Source: Bdellovibrionales bacterium
GTDB taxonomy: Bacteria; Bdellovibrionota; Bdellovibrionia; Bdellovibrionales; UBA1609
Direction of reading: 5' to 3'
DNA length: 64,000 nucleotides
Assembly (NCBI GenBank): GCA_965116155.1
Contig: OZ220488.1
Coordinates: forward strand, 450,420-514,419
The notes beneath the pieces were generated by a model that saw nothing but the letters and a program-made list of their open reading frames with translations, was not told the DNA's origin and ran no database searches. The translations under genes were made by a program, and so were the position numbers. This document shows positions 26,224 through 35,137 of this stretch, piece by piece; the first letter of the stretch is position 1; each line of letters starts with the position of its first letter.

Positions 26224-27219
26224 ATGAGCGCTAACATTCCACAACCCCCCGCTGCCGATGCTGCTGCCATGCGACCCAGAGACTGGGCTTGGGTGGTTGG
26301 CGTTTTGCTCGGCACTTGGTTATTTGACTTTATCAGCAAAAGCCTCGTGTACCAAGGCCTGCAACTGCCACCCGGCACCCATATCCAGTTGGGGCCGTTT
26401 TATGTGGTGCAGCACCTTAACCCCGGCATGATGCTAGGGAGTTTTTCCACTCTGCCACCTATTATACGCAACGTAAGCCTTTGCACACTGGGGGCGTTTT
26501 TGTTTAGCCTTTACTGCGCCACTCAGTACCTTATGGTGCAGCGCTTCTTTTGGCTGCGCGTAGGCTTGTCGCTTTTTATGGCAGGTATATTGGGCAATAT
26601 TAGTTGCCGAGTGCTGTTTGGCAGCGTTGTTGACATACTGGTAGTGGATTTAGGTTTTTTCCGCACAGCGGCATTTAATGCTGCCGACCTTGTGCAGTGG
26701 GTGGCTTGGCCCATTTTGGTGGTGCAAATTATAAAGCACGCCGAATACTTTTGGCCTGAGCGAGACAAACGCGGCAGTAAAAAAGTTTTGTCCCAATTTC
26801 AAAACCACCACACAGCCGTTTTGCTCAGCATTGCAACAGCGTTTTGCCTTTTAAGCGGCATGCTAGGGTACAGCTTTTTAAAAAACGCCCTACTAAGTCC
26901 CGAGCAGTCAGACCTATTGCTAGAGGCTTTTTTAACTTCTCATATCATGACGAGCCTTGTATTTTTTGTAGCCTTGTTTTTATTTGGCAGAAGGCTTAGC
27001 ACGCGCATTGCGGGGCCTCTATACGCGCTGAAGCGTTTTGTGAACTCTTTACACAAAGGGGCAAAGCCTAAATTTCAGCTCCGAAAAGGCGACCACTTTG
27101 CTAAGTACCTGCACACACTGGCTCAAGACCTTAAAAAAAGCCAAGCCCGCAAATCCGCGCGGCCAGCCAAGCGCACACCCCGCAACGCACTAAAACGCCC
27201 AACAACCAAGAAATCATAA
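26224..27219 (+). CDS. Signal peptidase II (LspA)-like membrane protein lacking one catalytic Asp, fused to 2 TM segments, a HAMP-like segment and a basic tail
   Basis: LspA boxes are NPGMMLGSF, GILGNISCRVLFGSVVD (canonical GNxxDR reads GNISCR; the Cys codon TGC is at 26605-26607) and FNAADLV (intact). Two further TM helices follow, then RRLSTRIAGPLYALKRFVNSLHKG..FAKYLHTLAQDLKK (HAMP-like). Confidence 0.65.
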   Translation: MSANIPQPPAADAAAMRPRDWAWVVGVLLGTWLFDFISKSLVYQGLQLPPGTHIQLGPFYVVQHLNPGMMLGSFSTLPPIIRNVSLCTLGAFLFSLYCATQYLMVQRFFWLRVGLSLFMAGILGNISCRVLFGSVVDILVVDLGFFRTAAFNAADLVQWVAWPILVVQIIKHAEYFWPERDKRGSKKVLSQFQNHHTAVLLSIATAFCLLSGMLGYSFLKNALLSPEQSDLLLEAFLTSHIMTSLVFFVALFLFGRRLSTRIAGPLYALKRFVNSLHKGAKPKFQLRKGDHFAKYLHTLAQDLKKSQARKSARPAKRTPRNALKRPTTKKS

Positions 27220-27263
27220 AAATACACCTCTCCTAGTGACAGCCTCGGCTAAAAACCTGTACA

Positions 27264-30200
27264 GTGCCACCCATTGTGGGCGCCTGTGTTTTACGTATAG
27301 TACTAAGTTTGTCGCTACTTTTAGCTGGCCCTTGGGTGCAGGCGGAGCAGAGCTCTCCCTATTATGCAGCAAAGGCCGCACAGGATTTTTTGCCCAATGC
27401 GCAAAGCGAGCAAGAGTTTTTAACTCATACCCAAGCCCAGGACATGCTTTACCTCACCCAGCAAGAGCATGTTGTCATAAAATCCGGCACTAACACCCAG
27501 GACGTAGAAGCATTTTCTGTAAGCCAAGCCGAAGTGCGCAACCCCAACGCACTGGCACCTAATGATTTAAGCAAACTCGACATCAGCTATGTGCAGGCTT
27601 CTAGCACCCAAAGCCAAGACGCCGAGCTGCATATTTCGCTAAAGCGCGGCAAGCGCACCGATAGGCATGTGGTGCGTGGTTTGCCATGGTTTACCGCGGC
27701 GCCTCGCGCCAAAAATATTGACAACCTTTTAAGGTTTGCCACAATGCAAGGCTTGCACGCCGTGCCACTGCGTGTTTTTAGAGACTCCTTATTTACAGCG
27801 CCTTTGCCGGTGCTGCATGTTTTGCCAGCGCCTCCTATAGAAGGAGCGCAAATTACAGGCATACAGGTGCAACACTTGGTGACTAAGGAGTTTTTGCGCA
27901 TGGCCCAAAGCGAGCCTGCTTACGCGCCGCTTTTAGAAAAGTCCATACTGCAAGACTCTTTTGCAAACAACCAATGGCTAAAAAGTGGCGACGTAGCTTT
28001 GCGCATTAAGCACCCCCGCGGAAAAGATTTTAGCTATCTGCTTAGCCACGAGCACGAAAGCCTAGAAGTCGCAAAACGACTAGCACTGATTTATTGGTGG
28101 GCGCTTTTTTATGACCCCGACCAAGTGGATGCACGCGCCGTAAACAACCTGTACCAAGAGTATGCAAGCAGCATTATGAAGCTGCCGCAAACACAACTCC
28201 ACCAGCCTGAGATTGTGCGTGCGCTAGGGCAGATGATGCGCATGGGAGATACAGCGCTTAAAAGCGCCGTGCCTCAATCCGGTGGCAAGGGGTCGACTCT
28301 TACGCGCGTGGCCCGTATGGAGCGCAGCAGTTTTAGCATACAAGAGCAAGCAAAAGCTTGGGAGAAGGTGCAGGGTCTAGAGCAAAACACGCTGCAAAAT
28401 CTACAAAAAAAATCCTACCAAAAAGCTGTGGGGTTTTTGTCTAATAAAGTAAGCCACATTGAACCACACAGGTGGCGTGCTATGGCGCGTTCTACCAAAA
28501 TGGTGCTCGGCCTGGGCGGCGCCGCTGTAGCTGCACTATTAGGAGCCTCCGCGCAGCATCCTGATACCGCGGCTCACTTGGCTAACTACACCTTGGGTCA
28601 GCTACAAAAAATGGGTCAAGGCGTGCGCGGTGTATGGCACCAATTGACCTCAGAGGGCGGCGTACTGCACCACCTGCCTATAGCGCAAGAAGATGTTAGC
28701 TATTGGTACCTGGGGCTGGGCACCTTAGGTGTGGGAATACTGCTGCATGCTGCGGTAGCAATGAATGGCCTATTTGTACGCTCTAACCACACGCGATCTT
28801 GGACCCCGTTTAGAAAGTTCTACCTTACCACTTTAAAGCTTATGGCTTTTATCAATTATCCCGTGCAGGCTATGCTGTGGGAGACCATTTTAAGACAAAA
28901 ACTACTTTACGGTAGCTTAGACCACGGGCTTAGCCTAAGCCGCACCGAACAAAATGGCCAAGTAACATGGCATAGTATTTTGCACGCACCCTGGGCTAAA
29001 AACACTGCAATCCACGCACAGGGAGAAAAGCTCAACCAGCTTGTTGAAGCATCGCAAAAAAAACGCGCCGCCTACTTAATGGCCTTAGCGCGCGTAGGCA
29101 TGCAGCACCAAATACCCTTGGCACCCTTACTATTGGCCCATGTTAACAGCCTACATGGCAGCATGCCTGCAGAATATAGCGCAGACTTGGTGGGTTTTGA
29201 AAAAAGCATAGCAGCGGCCAGGTTTTTGCAAAAAGCCTATGCCGATTTTCAAAACACAAAGCTTAGCGGGGAAGATTTGCAAAAAATAGCCCAAGGGGAG
29301 GATTTTGCAAAATACCAACACTCCTTGCAACAAGTGGCTGCAAGTAGCGCAGTTGGCACAGGTAAAAACACACCGCCTAAAATAAAAAAACGTATCCTGC
29401 AGCTTGTAAGCCGCTCGGCCAATAGCCATGCGATGAGTTTTTTGCTGTTTGGCCGCGAGGGGAGGCTGCTGAGTTTAAGACTCGAGCAGATCAACCCCTC
29501 GCAGCATGTAACAGACGTAGCCCGTACAGCTGCCATTAAGGATTATATAACCTCGTTTTGCATTATTGCCCCATTTATACAGCTCACGCCAGCGGTGAGC
29601 GATGCGGGCCGCTTGGTAGCGGCACCCTTTGTACCCGATGCCTTTAGTGGCTACACTCCGGCACAGATGGCAACAGTGCCCAAAGTGCCCACTATGGGAG
29701 GAGAGCAGGTGGTGCTGTCGGCCAACTTATATCTTTCGGCCGAGGCGGAACACCTGGACGAAGAGCTGCACGAAGAGCAGCATAAACCTTTAGAGGGCAG
29801 CTACTTTGCCAAAGAAGGCGCATCAAGCAAAGACAAAGCCCAACAAAGGCGCCAAGCCCAAGAGCTCAGCCGGCAGCTGTTTAAGCAAACGGGTGTCTCA
29901 TTTAAACCGAAAGATCTTTTGCTGCACGAGCACACCCAAGGCTTTTTGCAAGGGCTTAAAGTTATGGGGCAAGACCTTAAACAGGGCGGTATAAAGCGCG
30001 CCTTTAGGCAGCATTTGTCTGTGATTAAAAAGCTAATCGGTGGGGGCTTGCAGGGGCAGGTTTCAAGTGGCTCGATGTGGATGTCTATCGGCACCATAGC
30101 AGGCGTAATGCTAAGCTCGCAGGTAGCAAGTGGTTTTGAGAGCATCAAAGCCAGTTTTGGTTTTGGAATAGTAAGCGCCATACAAATGATTATGATTAAG

Positions 30201-30845
30201 CACAGCTTTATTGGTTACACACAGGTGTGGCCTTATACCTTGTACTGGAACAGTTTGTTAAGAAAAAACGGCGCAGAGCATGCTGCGCAGCTAGAACGCA
30301 GTTTGTTTGATATACGCACCGGCATTAAGTTAGGCCATACGAGCCAGATGCAAAAGGGAGTGGCCAGCCTTTTAAGCCAATACCGGGACGCAAAAATTAC
30401 AAAAAAAGATAATGCCGATGGAGCGGAAATTAAGCCTAAAACTCCTAGTAGTGAGGCGCTGTTTGCCGTATGGAAACCTGAGACAGCCTCCAACTACACC
30501 GAAGAGCAAGCGGCATGGCTTTATAAGTACGCCTTAAACACCCCACCCTACCCCACCAAGCCGAACACTTTGTTAAACAAGTGGCTCCTTACCACAGGCC
30601 TGGGCGTAGTAGGCTCTACGGTACTCGCCTTTGCTTGGGTTTATGAGGTCATTTTGGGAGATTTACAAACCATACGAGCAGAACATGGAGACGCAGCTGC
30701 TTGGGAGTATCTGGGACGCATGCTGATGCTGTCTGCCGCAGCCTTAGCAGGCACAGTGGGCGTGTTAAAGCTCGGCGTATCTGAAAAGCCATTAAAAAAA
30801 ATAAAATCCAAACTCAGCCAGTGTGTAAAACTATTAAAGACCTAA
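27264..30845 (+). CDS. 1193-aa orphan protein with a signal peptide and paired hydrophobic helices
   Basis: This is a long uninterrupted ORF. The N-terminus VLRIVLSLSLLLAGPWVQA-EQ is signal-like. Hydrophobic pairs occur near residues 415-505, 925-975 and 1105-1172. I recognised no catalytic motif. Confidence 0.7.
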   Translation: MPPIVGACVLRIVLSLSLLLAGPWVQAEQSSPYYAAKAAQDFLPNAQSEQEFLTHTQAQDMLYLTQQEHVVIKSGTNTQDVEAFSVSQAEVRNPNALAPNDLSKLDISYVQASSTQSQDAELHISLKRGKRTDRHVVRGLPWFTAAPRAKNIDNLLRFATMQGLHAVPLRVFRDSLFTAPLPVLHVLPAPPIEGAQITGIQVQHLVTKEFLRMAQSEPAYAPLLEKSILQDSFANNQWLKSGDVALRIKHPRGKDFSYLLSHEHESLEVAKRLALIYWWALFYDPDQVDARAVNNLYQEYASSIMKLPQTQLHQPEIVRALGQMMRMGDTALKSAVPQSGGKGSTLTRVARMERSSFSIQEQAKAWEKVQGLEQNTLQNLQKKSYQKAVGFLSNKVSHIEPHRWRAMARSTKMVLGLGGAAVAALLGASAQHPDTAAHLANYTLGQLQKMGQGVRGVWHQLTSEGGVLHHLPIAQEDVSYWYLGLGTLGVGILLHAAVAMNGLFVRSNHTRSWTPFRKFYLTTLKLMAFINYPVQAMLWETILRQKLLYGSLDHGLSLSRTEQNGQVTWHSILHAPWAKNTAIHAQGEKLNQLVEASQKKRAAYLMALARVGMQHQIPLAPLLLAHVNSLHGSMPAEYSADLVGFEKSIAAARFLQKAYADFQNTKLSGEDLQKIAQGEDFAKYQHSLQQVAASSAVGTGKNTPPKIKKRILQLVSRSANSHAMSFLLFGREGRLLSLRLEQINPSQHVTDVARTAAIKDYITSFCIIAPFIQLTPAVSDAGRLVAAPFVPDAFSGYTPAQMATVPKVPTMGGEQVVLSANLYLSAEAEHLDEELHEEQHKPLEGSYFAKEGASSKDKAQQRRQAQELSRQLFKQTGVSFKPKDLLLHEHTQGFLQGLKVMGQDLKQGGIKRAFRQHLSVIKKLIGGGLQGQVSSGSMWMSIGTIAGVMLSSQVASGFESIKASFGFGIVSAIQMIMIKHSFIGYTQVWPYTLYWNSLLRKNGAEHAAQLERSLFDIRTGIKLGHTSQMQKGVASLLSQYRDAKITKKDNADGAEIKPKTPSSEALFAVWKPETASNYTEEQAAWLYKYALNTPPYPTKPNTLLNKWLLTTGLGVVGSTVLAFAWVYEVILGDLQTIRAEHGDAAAWEYLGRMLMLSAAALAGTVGVLKLGVSEKPLKKIKSKLSQCVKLLKT

Positions 30846-30906
30846 TGCGTATTAGCCGATAGTCCTGCTAGGGGGTGTGTGCTTGGTATGCGCGCAGGCG
30901 GGTCCT

Positions 30907-32385
30907 ATGGGAAAATCTCAAAAAACACCCAAACAGCCGCAAAGTCCCTTGGCAGTCTTTAATACTAACAAGGTGTTTTTGGTTTTTTTGATAGGTGCGT
31001 GCTTTTTTTTGCCTATCGTGTATAGCTCTTGCGAAGATATAGAGTTTGTAAAACGCCCTGGCAAAATAGACACCACCCCACCTAATATAACAATTAACAC
31101 TCAAAAAAGCGTTAGCTCTATTACCGAGCAAGATACGGCTAAGGTTTATTTTGTGGCAAAAGACGGGGACTCGGGCGTGGCAAAAACTCTATGCCGCGCA
31201 GCACAGGTGGACGCCATAGAAGATGAAAAGTTTGGGCGCTGTAAAAGTCCATTTATAATCAACATACTGCAAGGCAACTATCAGTTTGAAGTAAAAGCCT
31301 TGGACAAAGAAGACAACGAAAGCTCTGTTGCAACACATAATTGGTGCCGCGGCCCTATGTGTGGTCGCATAGCGCATACTGGCAGCTTGCACAGCAGCGT
31401 TCAAAATGACAAGGTTGGGATTTTATTTGTTGTAGACAACTCTAGCTCTATGAAAAAAGAACACCGAGCTCTTTCTAAACACACGCCCCAGTTTTTGGAC
31501 CGATTTTCAGATTTGGATTATAAAGTCGCTGTAAGTGTTACGGATTATCATTTAGAAAAAAACGCCGAGCACCCTTTTAGGCCTATTGTATCAGGAAGCG
31601 ACTGCGCTTCGCACCGCACAGTAGAATCATCTGGTGCAACGGCTTTTGTTATAGACTCCCAAAATGCAGACCTTGCACAGGCGGCGGTGGATTTGTCGGC
31701 TACGATTATCTGTGTAGGGACTAAAGGGCATAGTGAAGAAAGCGGATTGGGTAGTTTTTTAAATTTGGTAAATGCTTATGATAGTAGCAATGCAGAAGCT
31801 CGCTCTTCTAATGGGCTTAATTTTTTTGATAACTTACAACACCTGGTGGTAGTTCTGATTACAGACGAAGGTGACAGATTTGTGCATAGAGAAGGCTTGT
31901 CCGCTGACGATATAAAAACCCGCTTCCACACAGTGTTTCCGGATACGGCTTTTTTGTGGCATTCTTTTGTGCAAATGAAGCATGTAATTAACTCTCATCC
32001 CCGATTTAAAGGGATGTACCTGTACAAGGATATAGCGGACCTCACCCAAGGCAGCGTACAGGATGTTTTAGACACTGCAGCTTATGGCACCGTGCTGACT
32101 GGTATTGCAGATTTAACACGCAAGCATATTATACGCGCGCGTTTACAGTGTGCGCCGGTGAACTACCAAAACCCACAGGACTACGATCCTGAAAACCCTG
32201 AGCACCGCTTGATGGAGGTTTTAGATTCACAAGGCACGCCCCTTAGTCCTCAGCCTATGTGCAAAATCGATCGTCACCTTAAAGTGCAGTGCTTTAGCTG
32301 CAGTGATCCACAAGACCTCGATACATGCGACACCCCATTAGATGCAGGCGAGTATACTCTTAAGTACCAATGTTTAGCCAATTAG
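30907..32385 (+). CDS. Lipoprotein with one Cys-paired Ig-like module and a vWA domain with an intact MIDAS motif
   Basis: The signal/lipobox-like sequence is FLVFLIGACFFLPIVYSS-C. The Ig-like module is ..LCRAAQ..CKSPFIINILQGNYQFEVKALDKEDNES... The vWA motifs are ILFVVDNSSSM (DxSxS) and VVVLITDEGD. It is a paralogue of the C-terminal half of 2332-6687. The stop codon lies in repeat module A. The longest ORF starts at 30877. Confidence 0.75.
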   Translation: MGKSQKTPKQPQSPLAVFNTNKVFLVFLIGACFFLPIVYSSCEDIEFVKRPGKIDTTPPNITINTQKSVSSITEQDTAKVYFVAKDGDSGVAKTLCRAAQVDAIEDEKFGRCKSPFIINILQGNYQFEVKALDKEDNESSVATHNWCRGPMCGRIAHTGSLHSSVQNDKVGILFVVDNSSSMKKEHRALSKHTPQFLDRFSDLDYKVAVSVTDYHLEKNAEHPFRPIVSGSDCASHRTVESSGATAFVIDSQNADLAQAAVDLSATIICVGTKGHSEESGLGSFLNLVNAYDSSNAEARSSNGLNFFDNLQHLVVVLITDEGDRFVHREGLSADDIKTRFHTVFPDTAFLWHSFVQMKHVINSHPRFKGMYLYKDIADLTQGSVQDVLDTAAYGTVLTGIADLTRKHIIRARLQCAPVNYQNPQDYDPENPEHRLMEVLDSQGTPLSPQPMCKIDRHLKVQCFSCSDPQDLDTCDTPLDAGEYTLKYQCLAN

Positions 32386-32837
32386 AGCGCTAGCTGCGTA
32401 AGCATCAGAGTGCTAGCCACATGTTCTGGGCTAAGTGCGTAAGCATAAAAGTGTTAGTGAGGGTGCCATGGCCAGAGAGCGCCGCCGATTGCGCACCTTC
32501 AGGTGCACAAGGCAAGCGGTCCATGCCAGGGCGCCCTCACGTGCTGGATAAAGCGCAGTCTCCCTGATAGTCCCTGCAAGGGACGACCATCAGGGAGATA
32601 AGCGCCCCACAGAACATGTAGCGACCTATGAAGCTACTATGGCCCTGTAGCGAAGTGCGTAAGCATAAAAGCCTAGTCTGAGCATTTGAGCAATGAGTGC
32701 AGTCCTCTTGGGAACATCCTGCAAGGATGAAAAACCCAGGAGGACAAACGACAGACTCAAATGCTCAGGCGGGCTAGAAAGAAGGGCCAAAGGCCCGCAG
32801 CGACCACACTTACGTCAAAGCCCCTTGCATTGAGCAA
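32382..32837 (+). repeat. Mosaic/nested repeat region (modules A, E, B and C with internal insertions)
   Basis: Module A occurs twice (32382-32394 and 32407-32418). The left arm of B (ACATGTTCTGGGCTAAG) is interrupted by GCGTAAGCATAAAAGTG (32437-32453) plus a hairpin insert and then resumes at ..CTGGATAAAGCGC. Module C is split by GCGTAAGCATAAAAGCC (32657-32673) plus a ~100-nt hairpin insert (TGAGCATTTGAG..CTCAAATGCTCA). Confidence 0.8.
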
Positions 32838-32876
32838 CACAAACTAATTAAAAGCTACGCTTTTAATTAGTTTGTG
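32838..32876. terminator. 18-bp perfect hairpin straddling the pilQ stop codon
   Basis: CACAAACTAATTAAAAGC (32838-32855), loop TAC, GCTTTTAATTAGTTTGTG (32859-32876). The pilQ stop TAA (32867-32869, minus strand) is inside the right arm. Confidence 0.65.
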
Positions 32877-35125
32877 AACATGGCATTGCTATTTTTGCTG
32901 AGCAAACGAGGCGTTAGAAAGATTAAAAGCTCATTCTTAGTAACATCCCAAGTGCGAGACTTAAACAACCAACCCAAAATAGGAATGTTTTTCAGTATGG
33001 GCAAGCCTTGGCCACCTTGACGTTTTTCTTGATGGTACACACCCGCAATAACAGCCGTCTCACCACTTCGCACCAAAATGTTCGTACTCACCTGGCGGCC
33101 ACTAGTAGGCTGCGCACTCGCGCCACCGCTCTCAATACGACCACCTGCCGACTGACGGCTCACACTCACCTGCAAACGCACATCCCCATTAGGAGTAATA
33201 GTAGGCGTCACATTTAAACTCAAACTTACCGGTGTAGTCGATACCTGAGTCGACACCTGACCACTATTGTCCCTAACGGCCGAAAAAGCCACACTCTGTG
33301 TAGACTGCGAAATCGTAGCCGCCTGATTGTTCAAAGTCACAACCCTAGGGGCCGAAATCACTTCCGCATGCTCGTCTACCTCACCAATAGCCAATGCGGC
33401 ATCCAAAGTGCCCAAAAAGTTAAACGCCCCTATATTAAAATGCGCCGTACCCACACCACCCACATTGCCACTAGAAGGCCTAACATCAAAATCATGTGTC
33501 AACAGCAAAGGACCCCCATTGTGCCCGCCCGTCTCAGATAGAGTGTTGGTAAGGCCCGGTGAAGTACCAAAAGACACTCCCAAACTGCGCGAGAAGCTCT
33601 CATTTGCTTCCACAATTTTGCTCTCAATCATCACCTGCTCAGGCACCGTGTCTGTTTTAGCAATAAACTCCTGCGCGGCCTTAACTTGCTCCTCACATGC
33701 AGTAACTATTAAGCGGTTGCGCTGTGCATCGGATATAACCGTACCCTTTAAACCGCCAGGAGTCTTCGGCTCAAGCAAAGGAGTAATCTGGGTCACTGCC
33801 TGCCCAAGCTCTGTATAGTTAACTGGAATAATCACTGTCTTGGGTGGACAGGTCTGCAAACGCGCACGCAAAATGGCGTCCATCTCCCTTTGCTCCACTG
33901 CCAAGTTTTGCAAAGTATCAATACGCAACACCGAACCCTGGCGCAAATAACCAAGTTTTTTAGATCTTAGAATTAAAGTGAAAATCTCATCCCAAGGCAA
34001 ATTCCGCAAACGCGCTGTTATGCGAATTTGCTTCACTCCATCTGCAACCATCATGTTGATATTGCTTGTACGGGATATAAAATTAATCACATCCATCAAC
34101 AAAGCATCTCGAACTTCTAGGTTGATCCTTTTGCCGTAATACTTTTTAGGGCCACGCAAAAATTCATCTAATGCCTGTGCATCTAAAGGCCGCTCCATGC
34201 GCTGCGACTCATCGTAGTCCGAGCCAAAATCCTGGTTCTGACTGCCCGGCACCGTTTCCATCACACCCACAGAGTCCGTTGTCACAGGAGCTATGTCATT
34301 GCGCAAAGTGGGCTGAGCACTGCCTGCCTCACCATTCTCAGGCGCCGCACCCGCTTTTGCAACATCTGCCAACTCACTTTGACTTAGTGTAGAGGGTGAA
34401 ATAATTAAGCGCGAGCCCTCTTTACGCACCTCAGGCCTGTGGTACTCATCCATTTGTACAACCAGATAAAACCCCTTCTGACCACGGCTGTTATTATAAG
34501 GCGACACCATCTTAAACGGAGCGCCAAACTCTTTAATAATATAGTCCCGCTTAAATTGTGGGGCTAACACCGCACCCCTGAGCTCTACAATAAACTGTTT
34601 GCTGGCGGGTTTTTCTCTTGTATCAAAATCAAACCCTCCCTCGAGCTTAACAACAAAAGACCCCCCAGATTCTGCAGCCATATAACCCATGTCTACAACA
34701 CGCGACTCCCCCATTAAAGACGGAGCAGAATCCGGCTCCTCTTGCACCGTATCTGTCGCGAGAGTGTCGTCTATATCAAAGTCATCCTCTTCCGAAGCAC
34801 CTGGCGCAGCGCTGTCCTCGGTAACACTTAGCTCCCCTTCTAAGCCCGCATCTAAGTCAAAATCATCTCCTCCTGCCACCGTATCGGGCTCCACATCTAA
34901 CTCAGCGCCCAGATCAGCAGCCAAATCATCGCTACCGGAATCTGCAGCACTGCTACCATCAGCCCCTGTGCTAGCTCCCGTACCCGCCGAAGCCTCCAGG
35001 TCGCCTATAACTTCATCAATATCTTGAGAACTCACACCTGCCCGGTCAGAGCGATCGGGCGACGCACAAGAAACACAAAAAAACAGCATAAGCAGCGGTA
35101 ATAAAAAATGCCTATCTTTTCTCAA
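32867..35125 (-). CDS. pilQ: Type IV pilus secretin PilQ (lipoprotein-type signal, acidic low-complexity N-terminal region, AMIN-like domain, secretin domain)
   Basis: The C-terminal secretin signature is GETAVIAGVYHQE..GLPILKNIPILGWLFKS..ELLIFLTPRLL. The N-terminus is MRKDRHFLLPLLMLFFCVS-C. It is the last gene of the pilMNOPQ order. Confidence 0.9.
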   Translation of the reverse strand: MRKDRHFLLPLLMLFFCVSCASPDRSDRAGVSSQDIDEVIGDLEASAGTGASTGADGSSAADSGSDDLAADLGAELDVEPDTVAGGDDFDLDAGLEGELSVTEDSAAPGASEEDDFDIDDTLATDTVQEEPDSAPSLMGESRVVDMGYMAAESGGSFVVKLEGGFDFDTREKPASKQFIVELRGAVLAPQFKRDYIIKEFGAPFKMVSPYNNSRGQKGFYLVVQMDEYHRPEVRKEGSRLIISPSTLSQSELADVAKAGAAPENGEAGSAQPTLRNDIAPVTTDSVGVMETVPGSQNQDFGSDYDESQRMERPLDAQALDEFLRGPKKYYGKRINLEVRDALLMDVINFISRTSNINMMVADGVKQIRITARLRNLPWDEIFTLILRSKKLGYLRQGSVLRIDTLQNLAVEQREMDAILRARLQTCPPKTVIIPVNYTELGQAVTQITPLLEPKTPGGLKGTVISDAQRNRLIVTACEEQVKAAQEFIAKTDTVPEQVMIESKIVEANESFSRSLGVSFGTSPGLTNTLSETGGHNGGPLLLTHDFDVRPSSGNVGGVGTAHFNIGAFNFLGTLDAALAIGEVDEHAEVISAPRVVTLNNQAATISQSTQSVAFSAVRDNSGQVSTQVSTTPVSLSLNVTPTITPNGDVRLQVSVSRQSAGGRIESGGASAQPTSGRQVSTNILVRSGETAVIAGVYHQEKRQGGQGLPILKNIPILGWLFKSRTWDVTKNELLIFLTPRLLSKNSNAMFTN

Positions 35126-35137
35126 AAACAGCCCCCA

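Noticed and set aside
29769-29783. HEEQH (an HExxH-like motif) in the 1193-aa orphan, considered as a possible zinc metalloprotease site
   Set aside because: It lies in a highly acidic low-complexity stretch (EHLDEELHEEQHKPLEG) without the hydrophobic helix context or a third ligand motif. It is most likely coincidental.
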